NCBI GenBank assembly: GCA_002705205.1
Contig: PAHP01000007.1
Coordinates: forward strand, 128,122-192,121
Direction: 5' to 3'
DNA: 64,000 bases
Origin: Flavobacteriales bacterium
GTDB lineage: Bacteria; Bacteroidota; Bacteroidia; Flavobacteriales; BACL11
Position 1 is the first letter of the stretch, and each line of letters starts with the position of its first letter. The position numbers were made by a program, and so were the translations under genes. The notes below the pieces were generated by a model. The model ran no database searches and had not been told where the DNA came from. It saw only the letters and a list, made by a program, of their open reading frames with translations. Below are positions 17,124-26,747 of the stretch, piece after piece.

Positions 17124-17457
17124 ACAGTTCTAATACATTTTCTGGAGGCCTTCCTATTATAGCTTTTTCTTTCGTTTCTACTATTGGCCGTTCCATTAAT
17201 TTTGGGTTTTCAGCTAATATATTGATAATTTCATTATCATTTATTTCCTTACCCTTAAACTTCTCTCTCCAAATTGTTTCTTTAGTTCTTACAATCTTAA
17301 TAGGCTTTATATTAAGTTTTATTAATAGTACCTTAATATCATTAAATTTTAGAGGATCTTCTAAATATCTAACGATCTCAAAATTAGATGTTTTCTTCTC
17401 AATAATGGCAAGTGTTTGTCTGCTTTTGCTGCATCTAGGATTATGATATATCTTCAT
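17116..17457 (-). CDS. ArsC/Spx-family (YffB-like) reductase
   Basis: 113 aa. N-terminal MKIYHNPRCSKSRQTL with the conserved Cys, and RPIV near the C-terminus. Confidence 0.8.
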   Translation of the reverse strand: MKIYHNPRCSKSRQTLAIIEKKTSNFEIVRYLEDPLKFNDIKVLLIKLNIKPIKIVRTKETIWREKFKGKEINDNEIINILAENPKLMERPIVETKEKAIIGRPPENVLELFN

Positions 17458-17520
17458 TATTAGTTTCTTTCATGCAAATAGAGTAATTATTCTTTAATTG
17501 TATGTACTTATTCTTAAATT

Positions 17521-18597
17521 TTATTTTTGACCAAATTCCATTAAATATGATTTGATGAAACTGTTTAATTCACCATCTAGAACAGCTTCTGGGTTTGAGC
17601 TTTCATGATTTGTTCTTAGGTCTTTTACCATCTTATAAGGATGTAAAACATAATTTCTTATTTGTGATCCCCATTCAATCTTCATTTTACTTCCTTCAAG
17701 TTTATCTTTTTCTTCTTGTATTTTTCTTATTTCTAATTCATAAAGTTGAGATTTTAATAATTGAATTGCTTTTGCTTTATTTTCTAATTGAGATCTTGAC
17801 TCAGAATTTTCAATTGTAATGCCTGTTGGATCATGTTTTAATCTAACAGCTGACTCAGTTTTATTTACTCCTTGTCCGCCGGCACCACTTGCTCTAAATG
17901 TATCCCAGCTTATATCAGAAGGGTCAATAATTATTTCAATACTATCATCTGCTAATGGATATACAAACACTGAGGCGAATGAAGTATGTCGTTTTGCATT
18001 TGAATCAAAAGGAGATATTCGAACTAATCTGTGCACTCCATTTTCTCCTTTTAGATGTCCAAATGCAAATTCTCCTTCAAATTCTAAGGTTACTGATTTT
18101 ATTCCTGCTGGATCAGCTTTTTGTAGGTCAAGAGTTTTAATTTTATACTTATTTTTGTCTCCCCACATAATATACATTCTCATTATCATTTCTGCCCAAT
18201 CTTGACTTTCTGTGCCTCCAGCTCCAGGATTAATTGTCATTACAGCTGACATGCTGTCCTCTTGAGCACTTAGCATATTCTTAAATTCTAAATCTTCAAT
18301 TGACCCAATAGTTTTTTTATGATATTTATCAAGTTCAGATTCGTCAGCATTAAGCTCTATTAGTACTTGAAGTTCTTCAATATTAGTGGAGACTGAATGA
18401 TATGATTTTATCCAGCTTTTTAGAATACTTAACTTTTTTAGTATTGATTGAGCTTCTTTTGGATTCTCCCAGAAATTACTAGATTGCGACTCTTGCTCTA
18501 AAGCATTTGCTTCCTCTTTCTTCTTTTCAATATCAATGAATCTGTTAAGTTCATCTCTCCTTTTTGATAATGCTCTTATCTGTTCATCTGTAATCAT
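17521..18597 (-). CDS. prfB: Peptide chain release factor 2, uninterrupted ORF
   Basis: 358 aa. SPF tripeptide (RISPFDS), GGQ motif (SGAGGQGVNKTESAVR), and N-terminal NFWENPKEAQ. Confidence 0.9.
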   Translation of the reverse strand: MITDEQIRALSKRRDELNRFIDIEKKKEEANALEQESQSSNFWENPKEAQSILKKLSILKSWIKSYHSVSTNIEELQVLIELNADESELDKYHKKTIGSIEDLEFKNMLSAQEDSMSAVMTINPGAGGTESQDWAEMIMRMYIMWGDKNKYKIKTLDLQKADPAGIKSVTLEFEGEFAFGHLKGENGVHRLVRISPFDSNAKRHTSFASVFVYPLADDSIEIIIDPSDISWDTFRASGAGGQGVNKTESAVRLKHDPTGITIENSESRSQLENKAKAIQLLKSQLYELEIRKIQEEKDKLEGSKMKIEWGSQIRNYVLHPYKMVKDLRTNHESSNPEAVLDGELNSFIKSYLMEFGQK

Positions 18598-18610
18598 AAT
18601 ACAAAAGTAC

Positions 18611-19084
18611 TTATTCTTTTAACTCTCTTACTTTATCCCAGACTAAATTGCTCTCGTAACCTTTATTTATTAAGTAGGTTGCAATCTTATTTTTCTTAAT
18701 GAAATGATTTTTCTCGTGGATATTATTTATTTTCTTTTGATAGAGGCTCTCTAATTCTTTAAGATATTGGACCTCATCAATTTCTTTTAGGCCATTCAGA
18801 ATACAATTTTCCGAGATATGTTTCTTTTTTAATTCATTAATTATTTTGCGTTTGCCCCATTTTTTTATTTTGAATTTCCCTCTACAAAAGGATTTAGAGT
18901 ATCGCTCTTCATCCACATATCTCTCCTGAATTAATATTCCTAAGATATGTTCTTGTGTTATCTTAAGTAATCCCCAATCTTTCATCTTTTGGATTACCTC
19001 CAATTGACATCTGTCTTGTATAGCACAATAGTCTTTTAATCGATCAGTAGCTACTTTAATATCATAAACTCTTTTGCTGTTCAT
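18611..19084 (-). CDS. recX: Regulatory protein RecX
   Basis: 157 aa helical-repeat protein. The N-terminal DYCAIQDRCQLEVIQKM pattern and the size are typical of RecX. Confidence 0.75.
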   Translation of the reverse strand: MNSKRVYDIKVATDRLKDYCAIQDRCQLEVIQKMKDWGLLKITQEHILGILIQERYVDEERYSKSFCRGKFKIKKWGKRKIINELKKKHISENCILNGLKEIDEVQYLKELESLYQKKINNIHEKNHFIKKNKIATYLINKGYESNLVWDKVRELKE

Positions 19085-19088
19085 CTAT

Positions 19089-19096
19089 CAAAAATA
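19089..19096 (-). promoter_or_regulatory. -7 box TATTTTTG for recX (leaderless geometry)
   Basis: The plus-strand CAAAAATA is the reverse complement of TAnnTTTG. Only 4 nt separate the motif from the recX ATG. Confidence 0.4.
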
Positions 19097-19116
19097 CAAT
19101 TTATCAATATAAATAC

Positions 19117-19124
19117 TAATTTTG
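19117..19124 (+). promoter_or_regulatory. -7 box TAATTTTG for the MFS gene (leaderless geometry)
   Basis: Matches TAnnTTTG. 5 nt separate the motif from the GTG at 19130. Confidence 0.4.
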
Positions 19125-19129
19125 CGATC

Positions 19130-20431
19130 GTGAAAAATAAACAAGCAATTTCATTACTCTTTTTAGCTAATATCATTTCTGGATTGGCTCAAGGGATAAG
19201 CATGATTGCTATTCCATGGTATTTTGTAAAAATTGTTTCAAGACCAGAAGTTTTTGCGAATGCATACTTACTTATTACATTTCTTACTCTCTTCTGGGGT
19301 TTGTATGCAGGAACATTAATTGATAGGTATTCTAGAAAGAGATTATTTATTATAATTAATCTAATCTGTGGTTTGTTTATTGGAGGGATAGCATGCTTTG
19401 GTATTCAACATCAACATTTAGGAGATGTATTAATAATTTTTGTTTTTGGCATTACTATCTTTAATTATAATGTTCATTATCCTAATCTGTATGCATTTGG
19501 TCAAGAGATTACTGAACCAAAGAATTATGGGAAATTAAATTCTTATATTGAGGTTCAAGGGCAGGTTACCTCAGTTCTGGCAGGTGCATTTGCAGCAATA
19601 CTGCTGACTGGAACTACAGATAATTCTCTTGATATTGCAGGCATTACTCTTAAGCTTCCATTTAATATAGAGCCATGGAAGATATATGAGGTATTACTTA
19701 TGGATGCGATAACTTACATTGTAGTTATTTTTATTTTTTTATTAATGAGATATATTCCAATAGCTAAAGAAAAGATACATACTGAAGGTCTTTTTCAACG
19801 CTTAAAAGGGGGGTTTAAATATTTGCACAATCATCCAATTATTTTTGTTTTTGGGTTAGCATCTTATATGTTATTTGCATTTACTTTAGTTGAAATCCAT
19901 GTTTTATTGCCTTCATATGTAGATAGGTTCTTGAAAATGGATGGTAATATTTATGCTTCGTCTGAAATATATTATTCTTTTGGCGCAATATTTTCAGGGA
20001 TAATGATTTTGAGATTATTTAAAAATAGTAATACAGTTTTCGGAGTGATTTTTCTAATGCTTGTTGTTGCTTTTGCATTCTATTTGATGGCCATTTATAA
20101 TATTTTATGGATTTTCTTTGGAGGAAGTTTTATATTAGGTATTACAAATGCGGGTGTAAGAATATTACGTACTACTTATATATTTAATCATGTTCCTAAT
20201 AATCTGATTGGTAGAGCTGGTTCTGTTTTTAGTACTTTAAATATTTTATGTAGGATGCTTCTAATTGGGGTGTTTACATTGCCTTTCTTTCATGTTGCTG
20301 ACAATATTAGATTTGGATATTTAGTTGGTGTAATTATGATGTTGCTAGCTATAATACCTCTTCTTATATGGTATAAGAGAATAGTTGCAGTTGAAATAAA
20401 TAAATCATTTGATAACAGAATATTGGAGTAG
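19130..20431 (+). CDS. MFS transporter
   Basis: 433 aa, about 12 TM segments, with a D-R-x-x-R-K-like loop (LIDRYSRKRL) after TM2. GTG start. Its 3' end overlaps convergent rng by 27 nt. Confidence 0.8.
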   Translation: MKNKQAISLLFLANIISGLAQGISMIAIPWYFVKIVSRPEVFANAYLLITFLTLFWGLYAGTLIDRYSRKRLFIIINLICGLFIGGIACFGIQHQHLGDVLIIFVFGITIFNYNVHYPNLYAFGQEITEPKNYGKLNSYIEVQGQVTSVLAGAFAAILLTGTTDNSLDIAGITLKLPFNIEPWKIYEVLLMDAITYIVVIFIFLLMRYIPIAKEKIHTEGLFQRLKGGFKYLHNHPIIFVFGLASYMLFAFTLVEIHVLLPSYVDRFLKMDGNIYASSEIYYSFGAIFSGIMILRLFKNSNTVFGVIFLMLVVAFAFYLMAIYNILWIFFGGSFILGITNAGVRILRTTYIFNHVPNNLIGRAGSVFSTLNILCRMLLIGVFTLPFFHVADNIRFGYLVGVIMMLLAIIPLLIWYKRIVAVEINKSFDNRILE

Positions 20432-21940
20432 ATGCAATCTGTCATCCCCTTTGACAAGAATTTTTCTTCCAAATTTCTTGCTCCAATTCTTACAAATAGA
20501 TGAAGAAAACCAGCTGTCTTTCTTGTTAATATATGATGCAACAAAAGGGTGTGTAGATATTTGGATTGACCCTTTAGTTGTTTCATTTAGACTATGTAGT
20601 TTATTCTCAATTTGATCTACTAACAATAAACTTGAATCTATTTGTTTATTACCAGAACACATCGGGCATTTTTCCTGTGTATCAATATTCATCTCAGGCT
20701 TTACTCTTTGTCTGGTAATTTGTACTAAGCCAAATTTTGTTGGAGGTAAGATGTAATGTTTTGCTTTGTCATTACTCATTGCTTCTCTCATCTTTTCAGT
20801 TAAAAGTTTTCGGTTCTTTTCCTTTTTCATATCTATGAAGTCGACAACAATTATTCCGCCCATATCTCGCAATCTTAATTGCCTAGCAACTTCCTCTGCA
20901 GCCTCAAGATTTACTGATAGAGCATTTTCTTCTTGATCTTTTTTCGCATCTACTTTCTTTCCACTATTAACATCAATTACATGTAAGGCTTCGGTATGTT
21001 CAATTACAAGATAGATTCCTTTTTTCATAGTTACGTTTTTGCCAAATGCACCTTTAATTTGCTTGGTAACATTAAACTCCTGGAAGATTGGTGTGTCTTT
21101 CTTATGCAATTTCACAATCTTTTCTTGATCAGGAGCTATTCTTGATAAGTATTCTTTTAGTTCAGATTTTAATTCCGTATTATTTACATAGATACTATTA
21201 AACTTTGCGCTTAATAAGTCTCGTAATATAACTGATGATTTGTTTAACTCTCCGTGTATCCTTGTTGCTGGTTTAGCATTTTTTAGCTTTTTACTAATCT
21301 GTTGCCACTTCTTATAGAGGTTCTTTAAATCCTTATCTAGCTCAGCTACCTTTATATCTTTTGCTACAGTCCTTATAATAACTCCAAATCCATGAGGCTT
21401 TATACTTTTAATAAGTTTTTTTAATCTTGTCTTCTCCTCAGAGCTACCAATCTTTTGAGATATGGACACTTTGTCAGAGAATGGTAATAACACCATATAT
21501 CTTCCTGCGAGTGATATTTCTGTTGTGAGTCTTGGGCCTTTTGTTGAGATTGGTTCTTTTGAAATCTGAGTTAAGATTAGATCTCCTCCTTTAAGGGTAT
21601 TGTTGATTTTGCCTTCTTTCTCAAGATTAGGTTCTTTTTTAACATTCTTTAATGAAGCTGTATTTAGTTTTTTGTCAATTGCTTTTCTAGTGAATTTCTT
21701 AAATGAATTGAATTGAGGTCCAAGATCAAGATAGTGCAAGAAACCATCCTTTTCATAGCCAGTATTAACAAATGAGGCATTTAGCCCAGGAACAGTCTTT
21801 CGGACTTTTCCTAAGTAGATATCACCTACTGAAAAATTATTGTCGTGCTTTTCTTTATGAAGTTCTATTAGAAGTCCGTCACGCAAAAGCGCAATCACTA
21901 CTTCAGAAGGCCTTGAGTCGATTATAAGATCGTATTTCAT
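20405..21940 (-). CDS. rng: Ribonuclease E/G family endoribonuclease
   Basis: 511 aa. N-terminal S1 domain (GDIYLGKVRKTVPGLNASFVNTGYEKDGFLH), catalytic core (HVIDVNSGK), and a CPxC zinc link (CPMCSG). Confidence 0.9.
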   Translation of the reverse strand: MKYDLIIDSRPSEVVIALLRDGLLIELHKEKHDNNFSVGDIYLGKVRKTVPGLNASFVNTGYEKDGFLHYLDLGPQFNSFKKFTRKAIDKKLNTASLKNVKKEPNLEKEGKINNTLKGGDLILTQISKEPISTKGPRLTTEISLAGRYMVLLPFSDKVSISQKIGSSEEKTRLKKLIKSIKPHGFGVIIRTVAKDIKVAELDKDLKNLYKKWQQISKKLKNAKPATRIHGELNKSSVILRDLLSAKFNSIYVNNTELKSELKEYLSRIAPDQEKIVKLHKKDTPIFQEFNVTKQIKGAFGKNVTMKKGIYLVIEHTEALHVIDVNSGKKVDAKKDQEENALSVNLEAAEEVARQLRLRDMGGIIVVDFIDMKKEKNRKLLTEKMREAMSNDKAKHYILPPTKFGLVQITRQRVKPEMNIDTQEKCPMCSGNKQIDSSLLLVDQIENKLHSLNETTKGSIQISTHPFVASYINKKDSWFSSSICKNWSKKFGRKILVKGDDRLHLLQYSVIK

Positions 21941-21980
21941 GGCTATTTCGTTAAAGAGAATTATAGTATAAAACTAAAAA

Positions 21981-22070
21981 TTATTTAGTTTTATGTCTGT
22001 TTTTCCTTGAACGCTTCTTACGTTTGTGAGTAGCAATTTTTAATCTTTTCTTTTTTTTAGCTCCTGACAT
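21981..22070 (-). CDS. 29-aa hyper-basic protein, bS22 / mS38 (AURKAIP1/COX24)-like (not in the ORF track)
   Basis: MSGAKKKKRLKIATHKRKKRSRKNRHKTK*. 18 of 29 residues are Lys/Arg/His. The KRLKxxTHKRKKR core resembles the KRRKRMSKKKHRK-type motif of bS22/mS38. It lies between hup and rng on the same strand. Confidence 0.5.
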   Translation of the reverse strand: MSGAKKKKRLKIATHKRKKRSRKNRHKTK

Positions 22071-22100
22071 ATTTTATTCTTTATAACTTTTATAAAAAGT

Positions 22101-22385
22101 TTATTTTACATTATTTTTTACCTCTTCAATAAATATTTTAGCAGGTTTAAATGCAGGAATATGATGTGCTGGGATAATAATAGTTGTATTTTTTTTGATA
22201 TTTCTCCCAGTTTTTTCCGCTCTCTTTTTAGGTTTAAAAGTGCCGAAACCTCTTAAGAATACGGAGTTATTTGATGAGATTGAATCTTTAATTTCATTCA
22301 TCATAGACTCCACTACTGCTAGCGTGGTTAATTTCTCAACTCCTGTTTTTTCTGCTATTTTACTAACAAGTTCTGCTTTTGTCAT
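22101..22385 (-). CDS. hup: HU-family DNA-binding protein
   Basis: 94 aa. MTKAELVSKIAEKTG..., and the arm FGTFKPKKRAEKTGRN. Confidence 0.9.
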   Translation of the reverse strand: MTKAELVSKIAEKTGVEKLTTLAVVESMMNEIKDSISSNNSVFLRGFGTFKPKKRAEKTGRNIKKNTTIIIPAHHIPAFKPAKIFIEEVKNNVK

Positions 22386-22429
22386 TTCTTAGGTGTATTT
22401 TTATAATTTCTTGATTAATTTTGAGCTGG

Positions 22430-22437
22430 CAAAGATA
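22430..22437 (-). promoter_or_regulatory. -7 box TATCTTTG upstream of hup
   Basis: The plus-strand CAAAGATA is the reverse complement of TAnnTTTG, 44 nt upstream of the hup ATG. Confidence 0.3.
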
Positions 22438-22509
22438 TTAAAATAATTTGCCCTACAATAAGTAGTGGTAATTTTTTAGTATTCATACAACTTTATTTAT
22501 CAGTAGTTT

Positions 22510-23553
22510 ATGACTTTCAGTAAGACACTATTAGAATGGTATGCTCTTCATAAAAGAGAATTACCATGGAGGAACACGAGTGATCCATATTATATTTGGC
22601 TTTCAGAGATTATTCTACAGCAAACTAGAGTGCAGCAAGGTCTGTCATATTATTTAAAATTTATTCATTCTTTTCCTACAATATTTGATTTAGCGAATGC
22701 AGAAGAAGATACTATATTAAAGCTATGGCAAGGACTAGGATATTATTCTAGGGCAAGAAATCTACATCATAGTGCAAAAGATATTGTTTCAAATAGAAAT
22801 GGAAAATTTCCTGATAATTATGATGATATATTAAGCTTAAAAGGAGTTGGCCCTTATACTGCTGCTGCTATTGCCTCATTTGCATTTGAATTGCCTTATT
22901 CTGTATTAGATGGAAATGTAATTAGAGTTTTAAGTAGATTCTTTGGTGTTGAGGTTCCCTTTGATATTCCCTCAGGAAAAAAGCAGTTTCAAGAATTAGC
23001 ACAAGAACTAATAGATAAAGAGAATGCTTCAGAATATAATCAAGCAATTATGGAATTTGGAGCTATTCAATGCACTCCAAAACGTGTTAAATGCACTAAT
23101 TGCCCTTTATCTGATGAGTGTGTCGCATTTAATAATAATGAGGTTGAAAGATTGCCAGTAAGATCTAAACGAATAATATTAAAAAAGAGATTCATTCACT
23201 ATTTAATAATTGATCAAGACTCTAAAGTATTATTTGGTAAAAGAAAAGAAGGTATTTGGAATGGCCTTTATGAGTTTCCTTTTCTAGAATTCCCGCACAA
23301 CATAGACTCTAGTTCTGTTTTACATTCAGATAAATGGATTGATTTTTTTAATGGTTTAGATTATGAGGTTGAGTTTATTTCAGAAGAATTCATACATAAA
23401 CTTTCTCATCAACACATATATGTAAGATTCTGGTTAGTGAAAATGAGAGGTTTAACTTTAGCTAATTATCAATTAGTAAATAAATCAGAGCTAAATAATT
23501 ATCCTGTGTCAGCTCTTATTGATAAATTCTTAGAACAGATTAAGTTCAGTTAG
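22510..23553 (+). CDS. mutY: A/G-specific adenine DNA glycosylase
   Basis: 347 aa. HhH-GPD (LKGVGPYTAAAIASF), WQGLGYYSRARNLH, a 4Fe-4S Cys cluster (CTPKRVKCTNCPLSDEC), and a NUDIX-like C-terminal domain. Confidence 0.9.
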   Translation: MTFSKTLLEWYALHKRELPWRNTSDPYYIWLSEIILQQTRVQQGLSYYLKFIHSFPTIFDLANAEEDTILKLWQGLGYYSRARNLHHSAKDIVSNRNGKFPDNYDDILSLKGVGPYTAAAIASFAFELPYSVLDGNVIRVLSRFFGVEVPFDIPSGKKQFQELAQELIDKENASEYNQAIMEFGAIQCTPKRVKCTNCPLSDECVAFNNNEVERLPVRSKRIILKKRFIHYLIIDQDSKVLFGKRKEGIWNGLYEFPFLEFPHNIDSSSVLHSDKWIDFFNGLDYEVEFISEEFIHKLSHQHIYVRFWLVKMRGLTLANYQLVNKSELNNYPVSALIDKFLEQIKFS

Positions 23554-23561
23554 AAATTTTA

Positions 23562-23569
23562 TATATTTG
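23562..23569 (+). promoter_or_regulatory. -7 box TATATTTG upstream of ssb
   Basis: Matches TAnnTTTG, 29 nt before the ATG at 23599. Confidence 0.35.
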
Positions 23570-23598
23570 TTGAAATAATAATTCGTAAAATTTTAGTT

Positions 23599-23994
23599 AT
23601 GGCTGGAGTAAATAAAGTGATATTGGTTGGAAACTTAGGTAAGGATCCTGAAGTAAGATATTTAGATAGTGGAGTAGCTGTTGCAAATTTTTCATTAGCA
23701 ACTACTGAGAATTATAAAAATAAAGAAGGAGAGAGGGTAAGTCAGACTGAATGGCATAATGTTGTGCTTTGGAGAGGGTTAGCTGAAGTTGCAGAGAAAT
23801 GGTTAAAGAAAGGTTCTTCGGTATATATTGAGGGTAAAATTAGAACTAGGAAGTGGGAGGATAAGGATGGGAATACTAGATATAGTACTGAGATACTTGG
23901 AGATAATATGACTATGCTAGGGGGGAAGCCTTCTTCTGAAGTAAGTCCTACAACAAGTGAAGAATTGGATTCAAAAGACGACTTACCATTTTAA
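23599..23994 (+). CDS. ssb: Single-stranded DNA-binding protein
   Basis: 131 aa. OB fold ([17 protein letters not shown] ... TEWHNVVLW) and an acidic C-terminal tip DDLPF. Confidence 0.95.
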   Translation: MAGVNKVILVGNLGKDPEVRYLDSGVAVANFSLATTENYKNKEGERVSQTEWHNVVLWRGLAEVAEKWLKKGSSVYIEGKIRTRKWEDKDGNTRYSTEILGDNMTMLGGKPSSEVSPTTSEELDSKDDLPF

Positions 23995-24009
23995 TTTAAA
24001 TTTTAGAAA

Positions 24010-25314
24010 TTGGAAGAGGTCCCCGTCAGTTTATTATTCAATCTTAGTGGTATAGAACTTCATTTATTTAGTATTGATGTTTTATTGAGTCTTATAGTAA
24101 TTTTAGTTTTATTAATATTCTCTGCGTTTATTTCTGGGGCAGAAGTTGCATATTTTTCATTAAATCCAGCAGATTTAGAAGGTCTGGAGAATGATAATGT
24201 CAAGAAACTTCTTAAAAATCCAAATGAGCTTCTAGCAACTATCTTAATTGCAAATAACTTTATAAATGTTGGTATTGTTGTTATTTCAGCATATCTTACC
24301 TCAATTGCTATATCATTTCCTACTGGATCTAGTTTAGAGTTTTTTTTCCAGGTTATAGTTATCACATTCTTATTAGTATTATTTGGTGAGATTACACCAA
24401 AGGTTTATGCAAATAATAATGCAGTTAAGTTCTCAGTAATAATGAATAAGCCTTTACTGTTCTTAAGAAAATTTTTTTATCCTTTGAGCTATATATTAGT
24501 TACAACTACTAATTTTATTGATAATAAGTTAGCAGCAAAACAAACTGAAATATCTGTTGAAGAGATGTCAAAAGCATTAGATATTACTGAGTATGGGAGT
24601 AAAGAAGACGAGAGTAGGATTCTTAGATCAATTGTTGAGTTTGGGAATATTGATGTAAAAGAGATTATGAGATCAAGAGTTGATGTTTTAGCAATTGATA
24701 AGGCTACTAATTTTTCTGAAGTCTTGAAGCTAATAATAAGTTCTGGTTACTCAAGGATTCCTGTTTTTGAGAAACAATTTGATAATATTTTAGGTATATT
24801 GTATATTAAAGATTTAATACCTTATTTACATAAAGATGAAAGATTTGATTGGGTAAAATTGTGTCGGACTCCATATTTTATTCCTGAGACTAAGATGATT
24901 AATGATTTGTTAAAAGAGTTTCAATTGAAGAAGAATCACATTGCTATAGTAGTAGATGAGTATGGAGGAACTTCAGGAATTGTTACTCTTGAAGATGTGT
25001 TAGAGGAAATTGTTGGGGAGATTAATGATGAGTTTGATGTTGAAGATAATATTTACTCTAAACTTGATGAGACAAATTATATTTTTGAAGGGAAAATATC
25101 TTTAAATGATTTTCTCAAGGCTGTAAAAGGTAGGCTTGATTGCTTTGATGATATTAAGGGCGAAGCAGATTCTTTAGCTGGATTAGTTTTGGAAGTTGAA
25201 GGTAAGATACCTAAAATAGGCACTATTTGTAGAATACCTCCTTATACTATGATGGTTGAGTCTGTAGATCTAAGAAGAGTTAACCGTATAAAAGTGACTA
25301 TTGATGAAGCTTAG
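24010..25314 (+). CDS. gldE: Gliding motility-associated protein GldE (DUF21-CBS-CorC_HlyC architecture)
   Basis: 434 aa. N-terminal 4-TM DUF21, CBS pair, and C-terminal CorC/HlyC domain. It directly precedes and overlaps gldD, the gldE-gldD arrangement described in Flavobacterium johnsoniae. Confidence 0.7.
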   Translation: MEEVPVSLLFNLSGIELHLFSIDVLLSLIVILVLLIFSAFISGAEVAYFSLNPADLEGLENDNVKKLLKNPNELLATILIANNFINVGIVVISAYLTSIAISFPTGSSLEFFFQVIVITFLLVLFGEITPKVYANNNAVKFSVIMNKPLLFLRKFFYPLSYILVTTTNFIDNKLAAKQTEISVEEMSKALDITEYGSKEDESRILRSIVEFGNIDVKEIMRSRVDVLAIDKATNFSEVLKLIISSGYSRIPVFEKQFDNILGILYIKDLIPYLHKDERFDWVKLCRTPYFIPETKMINDLLKEFQLKKNHIAIVVDEYGGTSGIVTLEDVLEEIVGEINDEFDVEDNIYSKLDETNYIFEGKISLNDFLKAVKGRLDCFDDIKGEADSLAGLVLEVEGKIPKIGTICRIPPYTMMVESVDLRRVNRIKVTIDEA

Positions 25315-25855
25315 TCGTTTGATATTATTTGCTTTTTTTTTAGTGTCTTGTAATGATAATTACACTCCAAAGCCTAGAGCTTTTTTTAAGATTGATTTGC
25401 CTAATAAACATAATGTAGAAATAGATATTGCCTGTCCCTTTGTATTTGAGATGCCTACTTATAGCGTATTAGAAAGAAAACAGCATGAGTGTTTTTATAA
25501 TCTTAATTTTCCAAAGCAAAATGGAATACTTCATATAACTTATTTGCCACTGAATAATAATTTATTAGAGCATACCGAGGAATCAAGGAGGTTGGCTTTT
25601 AATCACGATGTGATGGCAGACGCCATAATAGAACAAGTTTATATAAATGAAGAAAATAAAGTCTATGGCATGTTATATGATTATGATGGTGTGACTGCAA
25701 CTTCTACTCAGTTTTACCTCACAGATAGTATAAACCATTTCTTTAGAGGGGCCTTATATTTTAATACTCAGATTTCAGATTCACTATTGCCAGTAAATAA
25801 TTTCTTAAAACACGATATTAAGCATATTATTGAATCCTTTAGATGGATAAATTAA
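25301..25855 (+). CDS. gldD: Gliding motility lipoprotein GldD
   Basis: 184 aa. Lipobox FLVSC followed by NDNYTPKPRAFFKIDLP, a GldD-like N-terminus. Overlaps gldE by 14 nt. Confidence 0.7.
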   Translation: MMKLSRLILFAFFLVSCNDNYTPKPRAFFKIDLPNKHNVEIDIACPFVFEMPTYSVLERKQHECFYNLNFPKQNGILHITYLPLNNNLLEHTEESRRLAFNHDVMADAIIEQVYINEENKVYGMLYDYDGVTATSTQFYLTDSINHFFRGALYFNTQISDSLLPVNNFLKHDIKHIIESFRWIN

Positions 25856-26718
25856 TACGGAACTACGTAATCATCTTTTTTTTAGCAGTGATATGGGGCA
25901 GCTCATTTATACTTATGAAGAGAGGTTTAGATGCGTTTACATATACACAAGTTTCAACGCTACGTCTTTTTATTGCTTTTCTTGCTCTTTTACCTTTTGT
26001 ATTTAGCGCATGTAAAAAAGCAGCAAAAAAGCATTGGAAATCTATTATTATTGTAGCTTTCTTAGGCAATGGGATACCTGCTTTTTTATTTGCTAAAGCA
26101 CAGATATACCTAGAAAGTTCTTTAGTTGGTATTTTAAATTCATTAACCCCTCTTTTCACACTTATATTGGGAGTCTATTTTTTTAGAGCAAAGCCGAGTA
26201 GGATTAATGTTATTGGTATTATTATTGGTCTTAGTGGGGCATTAATTCTGTTTCTCTCTGACATCACTAGTGGATTCTCAATAAATTATTATGTCTTATT
26301 TGTAATTCTAGCTACTGCTTTTTATGCAACCAGTATAAATGTAATACGGAAATATCTTAGTGATCTAGATGCAATTTCAATATCAGCACTTGCTTTTTTA
26401 TTTTTAGGTCCTGCATCCGCGATATATCTATTTAGTACTGATTTTTTGAGTATATTATTCACAGATAAAGGAAAGTCATCATTTGTATATATAGTGATAT
26501 TAGGTGTTTTTGGGACATCATTTGCTGTAGTGATTTTTAATAAATTAATACAAGATTCTTCAGCAATATTTGCTTCATCAGTAACATATCTAATCCCTAT
26601 CGTTGCGTTGTTATGGGGTGTTTTCGATGAGGAGAATATCACTATTTACTATCTGGCAGGTGTTGTAATAATTTTAAGTGGGGTATATTTGGTAAATAGA
26701 GACCCTAATAAGGGTTAG
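25843..26718 (+). CDS. EamA/DMT-family transporter
   Basis: 291 aa, 10 TM segments arranged as two EamA repeats. Confidence 0.8.
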   Translation: MDKLIRNYVIIFFLAVIWGSSFILMKRGLDAFTYTQVSTLRLFIAFLALLPFVFSACKKAAKKHWKSIIIVAFLGNGIPAFLFAKAQIYLESSLVGILNSLTPLFTLILGVYFFRAKPSRINVIGIIIGLSGALILFLSDITSGFSINYYVLFVILATAFYATSINVIRKYLSDLDAISISALAFLFLGPASAIYLFSTDFLSILFTDKGKSSFVYIVILGVFGTSFAVVIFNKLIQDSSAIFASSVTYLIPIVALLWGVFDEENITIYYLAGVVIILSGVYLVNRDPNKG

Positions 26719-26747
26719 CTTTTTTTGTTGAGAGAATAATATTATAG

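Noticed and set aside
17595-18205. Three plus-strand ORFs (74, 128 and 61 aa) inside prfB
   Set aside because: They are antisense shadows of a highly conserved gene (the RF2 GGQ and SPF motifs are on the minus strand), and their products are low-complexity.
17521-18597. Programmed +1 frameshift site in prfB (CUU UGA C)
   Set aside because: I looked for it because many bacteria use it. Here the ORF runs uninterrupted from the ATG through the equivalent region (…ELNRFIDIEKKKEE…), so this RF2 gene has no frameshift.
20405-20431. 27-nt convergent overlap of the MFS gene and rng as a regulatory antisense arrangement
   Set aside because: Short 3' overlaps are frequent in this very compact genome (for example 1663-1682 and 47349-47352), and nothing specific in the sequence suggests regulation.
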